This document shows positions 57,881-64,000 of a stretch of DNA of 64,000 nt, piece after piece (within the stretch, counting starts at the first letter, position 1; each line of letters opens with the position of its first letter). Made by a program: the position numbers and the translations under genes. The stretch is from the human T2T-CHM13v2.0 reference genome, Homo sapiens: NCBI RefSeq assembly GCF_009914755.1, contig NC_060948.1; one strand, 5' to 3'. Under the pieces are notes generated by a model, which saw only the letters and a list, made by a program, of their open reading frames with translations, did no database searches and had not been told where the DNA came from.

Positions 57881-59985
57881 AGATCCATATTTTTTAAATG
57901 AAAAAAAATTTCAAAGGTACTCTGCTTGGTACAATAATCAAATGTATAAACTGAGGAATAAAACATAACCATGAAACCTACTTATAACTGCATATGGAAA
58001 ATACAGAGGATAATTTTTTAAATAACATATTTTGAAAGCCTTAACTAGTAATTTGAAGAGTTGGCATTTGAAAGGCCAGTATGAATATACCTTCAAAGCA
58101 GCAACACAGGTTCCCCATGAGAAAAAGCAAACACAGGGAAAATAAAAACACAAAGGTTCAATCTCTTCTGACCTTTGAAAGACACAGCACAGACAGTGGT
58201 CCTTAGGACGAAGAGCAGGAGACCCCTAATTCCGTCACCATGGCGATAGGGCATAAACATTGCTGGGTGAGGGCACAATCCACATTGTGAGGTCCAACTG
58301 CTGCCAGGAAGACAGGAGTGCTTTTACATAGACCGAAAGGTCATTGAAGGCTCAGAGTTTTGTTTCAAGAACTGAATCCCAAGCCCACACGTTATTAGGC
58401 TTCGCTTCTTAAAACAAGTTATGAGATGGGAAAAAGGGCACCCACAAACATACGTATACATTATGTATATAATAATATACAGTATCATATATATAATATA
58501 TATAACCTATGTATAATATTGTTTTACATCCTGCATCTTATGTTATATATATTGTATAAAATATAATAATTGATAATATATAAGTTTTATAATTATACAA
58601 TATGACATATAGTATATATTATAATTTATGACATATATAATATATGTTATATGTCATATATAGAATATATTATACGGTTAATATACGCATTAAATATAAA
58701 TCATACATTATATATATTATATATAATATATCTGTTATATATAATACCCATTATGCATAATATATATATTATGTCTATGTTATATATAGTATAAAACAAC
58801 ATATAATAATATATAATTGTATATATAAAATGCGACATATAATATATATTATATTTTATAACATATGTAATATATATTATATATTATATATAATACGTTG
58901 TATGTATAATACCTATATTAAATATATATTATATGACTATGTTATTAATTACATGTCACATGTGTTATATATTATATATTTTACATAGAATATACCGGTT
59001 ACATACAATATATACTATGTTACCTATAATGTATAATTTATTACATGTAAAATAAATAATGCAATATATTATGTATAATTTATAATATACCATATATGGA
59101 ATGTGATATATATAACATATAATATATGATATATGATATACAGTATATGATATATAACATACAATATATGATTCCTAATATATATGGTATACAATATATA
59201 TTTTATGATAAGTATTCTATATGTTTTATATTCTGTTATATATAACTATTTGAAATTATATATAACTGTATAATATTTTATGTAAATATGTAATATAATA
59301 TATATAACTATATAATATATTATATATAACTATATATTATGTTATATATACTTTTATAACATAATTTACATAAAATATCATAATATAATATATATTATAT
59401 TATTTCATATTACATAATATATATTACGTATCACCCAATATAACTAACATACATAATATTATAATATAGATTATATTGTGTTATATTAAATATCATATAT
59501 ATCATGTATCATATATTCTATAATATATATTACACATTATATAATATGTATGTTGTCTATTATGTGATATATATAACTATATATATAATTATATTTTTAT
59601 ACATATAACTAGATAAACATGTAATTCTACATATTTTCATTTATAATATGTAGAATTATATAATCATATATAATTATTTATATTCTATAAAAAATTTTAT
59701 CATTATATAAATTATAATATATAAAAATTATAATATGTACTACAAATATATATATTATATATCATATATGATATAGTACCTTTGTTATATATCATAATAC
59801 ATATAAATGTGTATTATGTTATCTATAATTATATAATTTCATATATAAGATGTATAATATGTATCATATATTATATAAGTTATGTAATATATATAGTATA
59901 TATAAGATGACACAGGATAAATATTATATACTATGACATATAAAATATATGAGGTTATATGTTACATATAAGGCATAGCACATAA

Positions 59986-60300
<315 letters not shown>

Positions 60301-62405
60301 AGATCCATATTTTTTAAATGAAAAAAAATTTCAAAGGTACTCAGCTTGGTATAATAATCAAATGTATAAACTGAGGAATAAAACATAACCATGAAACCTA
60401 CTTATAACTGCATATGGAAAATACAGAGGATAATTTTTTAAATAACATATTTTGAAAGCCTTAACTAGTAATTTGAAGAGTTGGCATTTGAAAGGCCAGT
60501 ATGAATATACCTTCAAAGCAGCAACACAGGTTCCCCATGAGAAAAAGCAAACACAGGGAAAACAAAAACACAAAGGTTCAATCTCTTCTGACCTTTGAAA
60601 GACACAGCACAGACAGTGGTCCTTAGGACGAAGAGCAGGAGACCCCTAATTCCGTCACCATGGCGATAGGGCATAAACATTGCTGGGTGAGGGCACAATC
60701 CACATTGTGAGGCCCAACTGCTGCCAGGAAGACAGGAGTGCTTTTACATAGACCGAAAGGTCATTGAAGGCTCAGAATTTTGTTTCAAGAACTGAATCCA
60801 AAGCCCACACGTTATTAGGCTGCGCTTCTTCAAACAAGTTATGAGATGGGAAAAAGGGCACCCACAAACATACGTATACATTATGTATATAATAATATAC
60901 AGTATCATATATATAATATATATAACCTATGTATAATATTGTTTTACATCCTGCATCTTATGTTATATATATTGTATAAAATATAATAATTGATAATATA
61001 TAAGTTTTATAATTATACAATAAGACATATAGTATATATTATAATTTATGACATATATAATATATGTTCTATGTCATATATAGAATATATTATACGGTTA
61101 ATATACGTATTAAATATAAATTATACATTATATATATTATATATATTATATCTGTTATATATAATACCCATTATGCATAATATATATATTATGTCTATGT
61201 TATATATAGTATAAAACAACATATAATAATATATAATTGTATATATAAAATGCGACATATAATATATATTATATTTTATAACATATGTAATATGTATTAT
61301 ATATTATATATAATACGTTGTATGTATAATACCTATATTAAATATATATTATATGACTATGTTATTAATTACATGTCACATGTGTTATATATTATATATT
61401 TTACATAGAATATACCGGTTACATACAATATATACTATGTTACCTATAATGTATAATTTATTACATGTAAAATAAAGAATGCAATATATTATGTATAATT
61501 TATAATATACCATATGTGGAATGTGATATATATAACATATAATGTATAATATATGATATACAGTATATGATATATAACATACAATATATGATTCCTAATA
61601 TATATGGTATACAATATATATTTTATGATATGTATTCTATATGTTTTATATTCTGTTATATATAACTATTTGAAATTATATATAACTGTACAATATTTTA
61701 TGTAAATATGTAATATAATATATATAACTATATAATATATTATATATAACTATATATTATGTTATATATACTTTTATAACATAATTTACATAAAATATCA
61801 TAATATAATATATATTATATTATTTCATATTACATAATATACATTACATATCACCCAATATAACTAACATACGTAATATTATAATATAGATTATATTGTG
61901 TTATATTAAATATCATATATATCATGTATCATATATTCTATAATATATATTACACATTATATAATATGTATGTTGTCTATTATGTGATATACATAACTAT
62001 ATATATAATTATATTTTTATACATATAACTAGATAAACATGTAATTCTACATATTTTCATTTATAATATGTAGAATTATATAATCATATATAATTATTTA
62101 TATTCTATAAAAAATTTTATCATTATATAAATTATAATATATAAAAATTATAATATGTACTACAAATATATATATTATATATCATATATGATATAGTACC
62201 TTTGTTATATATCATAATACATATAAATGTGTATTATGTTATCTATAATTATATAATTTCATATATAAGATGTATAATATGTATCATATATTATATATGT
62301 TATGTAATATATATAGTATATATAAGATGACACAGGATAAATATTATATACTATGACATATAAAATATATGAGGTTATATGTTACATATAAGGCATAGCA
62401 CATAA

Positions 62406-62720
<315 letters not shown>

Positions 62721-64000
62721 AGATCCATATTTTTTAAATGAAAAAAAATTTCAAAGGTACTCTGCTTGGTACAATAATCAAATGTATAAACTGAGGAATA
62801 AAACATAACCATGAAACCTACTTATAACTGCATATGGAAAATACAGAGGATAATTTTTTAAATAACATATTTTGAAAGCCTTAACTAGTAATTTGAAGAG
62901 TTGGCATTTGAAAGGCCAGTATGAATATACCTTCAAAGCAGCAACACAGGTTCCCCATGAGAAAAAGCAAACACAGGGAAAACAAAAACACAAAGGTTCA
63001 ATCTCTTCTGACCTTTGAAAGACACAGCACAGACAGTGGTCCTTAGGACGAAGAGCAGGAGACCCCTAATTCCGTCACCATGGCGATAGGGCATAAACAT
63101 TGCTGGGTGAGGGCACAATCCACATTGTGAGGTCCAACTGCTGCCAGGAAGACAGGAGTGCTTTTACATAGACCGAAAGGTCATTGAAGGCTCAGAGTTT
63201 TGTTTCAAGAACTGAATCCCAAGCCCACACGTTATTAGGCTGCGCTTCTTAAAACAAGTTATGAGATGGGAAAAAGGGCACCCACAAACATACGTATACA
63301 TTATGTATATAATAATATACAGTATCATATATATAATATATATAACCTATGTATAATATTGTTTTACATCCTGCATCTTATGTTATATATATTGTATAAA
63401 ATATAATAATTGATAATATATAAGTTTTATAATTATACAATATGACATATAGTATATATTATAATTTATGACATATATAATATATGTTATATGTCATATA
63501 TAGAATATATTATACGGTTAATATACGTATTAAATATAAATTATACATTATATATATTATATATAATATATCTGTTATATATAATACCCATTATGCATAA
63601 TATATATATTATGTCTATGTTATATATAGTATAAAACAACATATAATAATATATAATTGTATATATAAAATGCGACATATAATATATATTATATTTTATA
63701 ACATATGTAATATATATTATATATTATATATAATACGTTGTATGTATAATACCTATATTAAATACATATTATATGACTATGTTATTAATTACATGTCACA
63801 TGTGTTATATATTATATATTTTACATAGAATATACCGGTTACATACAATATATACTATGTTACCTATAATGTATAATTTATTACATGTAAAATAAAGACT
63901 GCAATATATTATGTATAATTTATAATATACAATATGTGGAATGTGATATATACAACATATAATATATGATATATGATGTACAGTATATGATATATAACAT

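Overview
The whole 64 kb window is one uninterrupted head-to-tail tandem array of a ~2.42 kb composite unit: 26 complete copies of 2415-2420 bp plus a 1.1 kb partial copy, all in the same orientation and roughly 99% identical by eye. Each unit has three parts: a ~570 bp HSATI-like block of moderate GC, a ~1.55 kb extremely AT-rich degenerate (TA)n block, and a ~292 bp diverged, 5'-truncated Alu on the minus strand. This architecture and size, plus a ~2.14 kb HaeIII fragment per unit, match human DYZ2 (HSat1B), the satellite of Yq12 heterochromatin. There are no credible genes, and every listed ORF is a repeat artefact. I found no new gene system. The informative signal is in the unit-to-unit variants: blocks of related copies, chimeric units, a recent triplication and an incipient 4840 bp dimeric higher-order repeat. 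There is also a retained Pol III B box in nearly every Alu copy and an apparent shortage of CpG decay. Unit starts used below: U1=1, U2=2416, U3=4836, U4=7251, U5=9666, U6=12086, U7=14506, U8=16926, U9=19344, U10=21763, U11=24182, U12=26601, U13=29020, U14=31439, U15=33855, U16=36274, U17=38694, U18=41114, U19=43534, U20=45954, U21=48374, U22=50794, U23=53214, U24=55634, U25=58054, U26=60474, U27=62894 (partial). Variants were read by eye, not by alignment.
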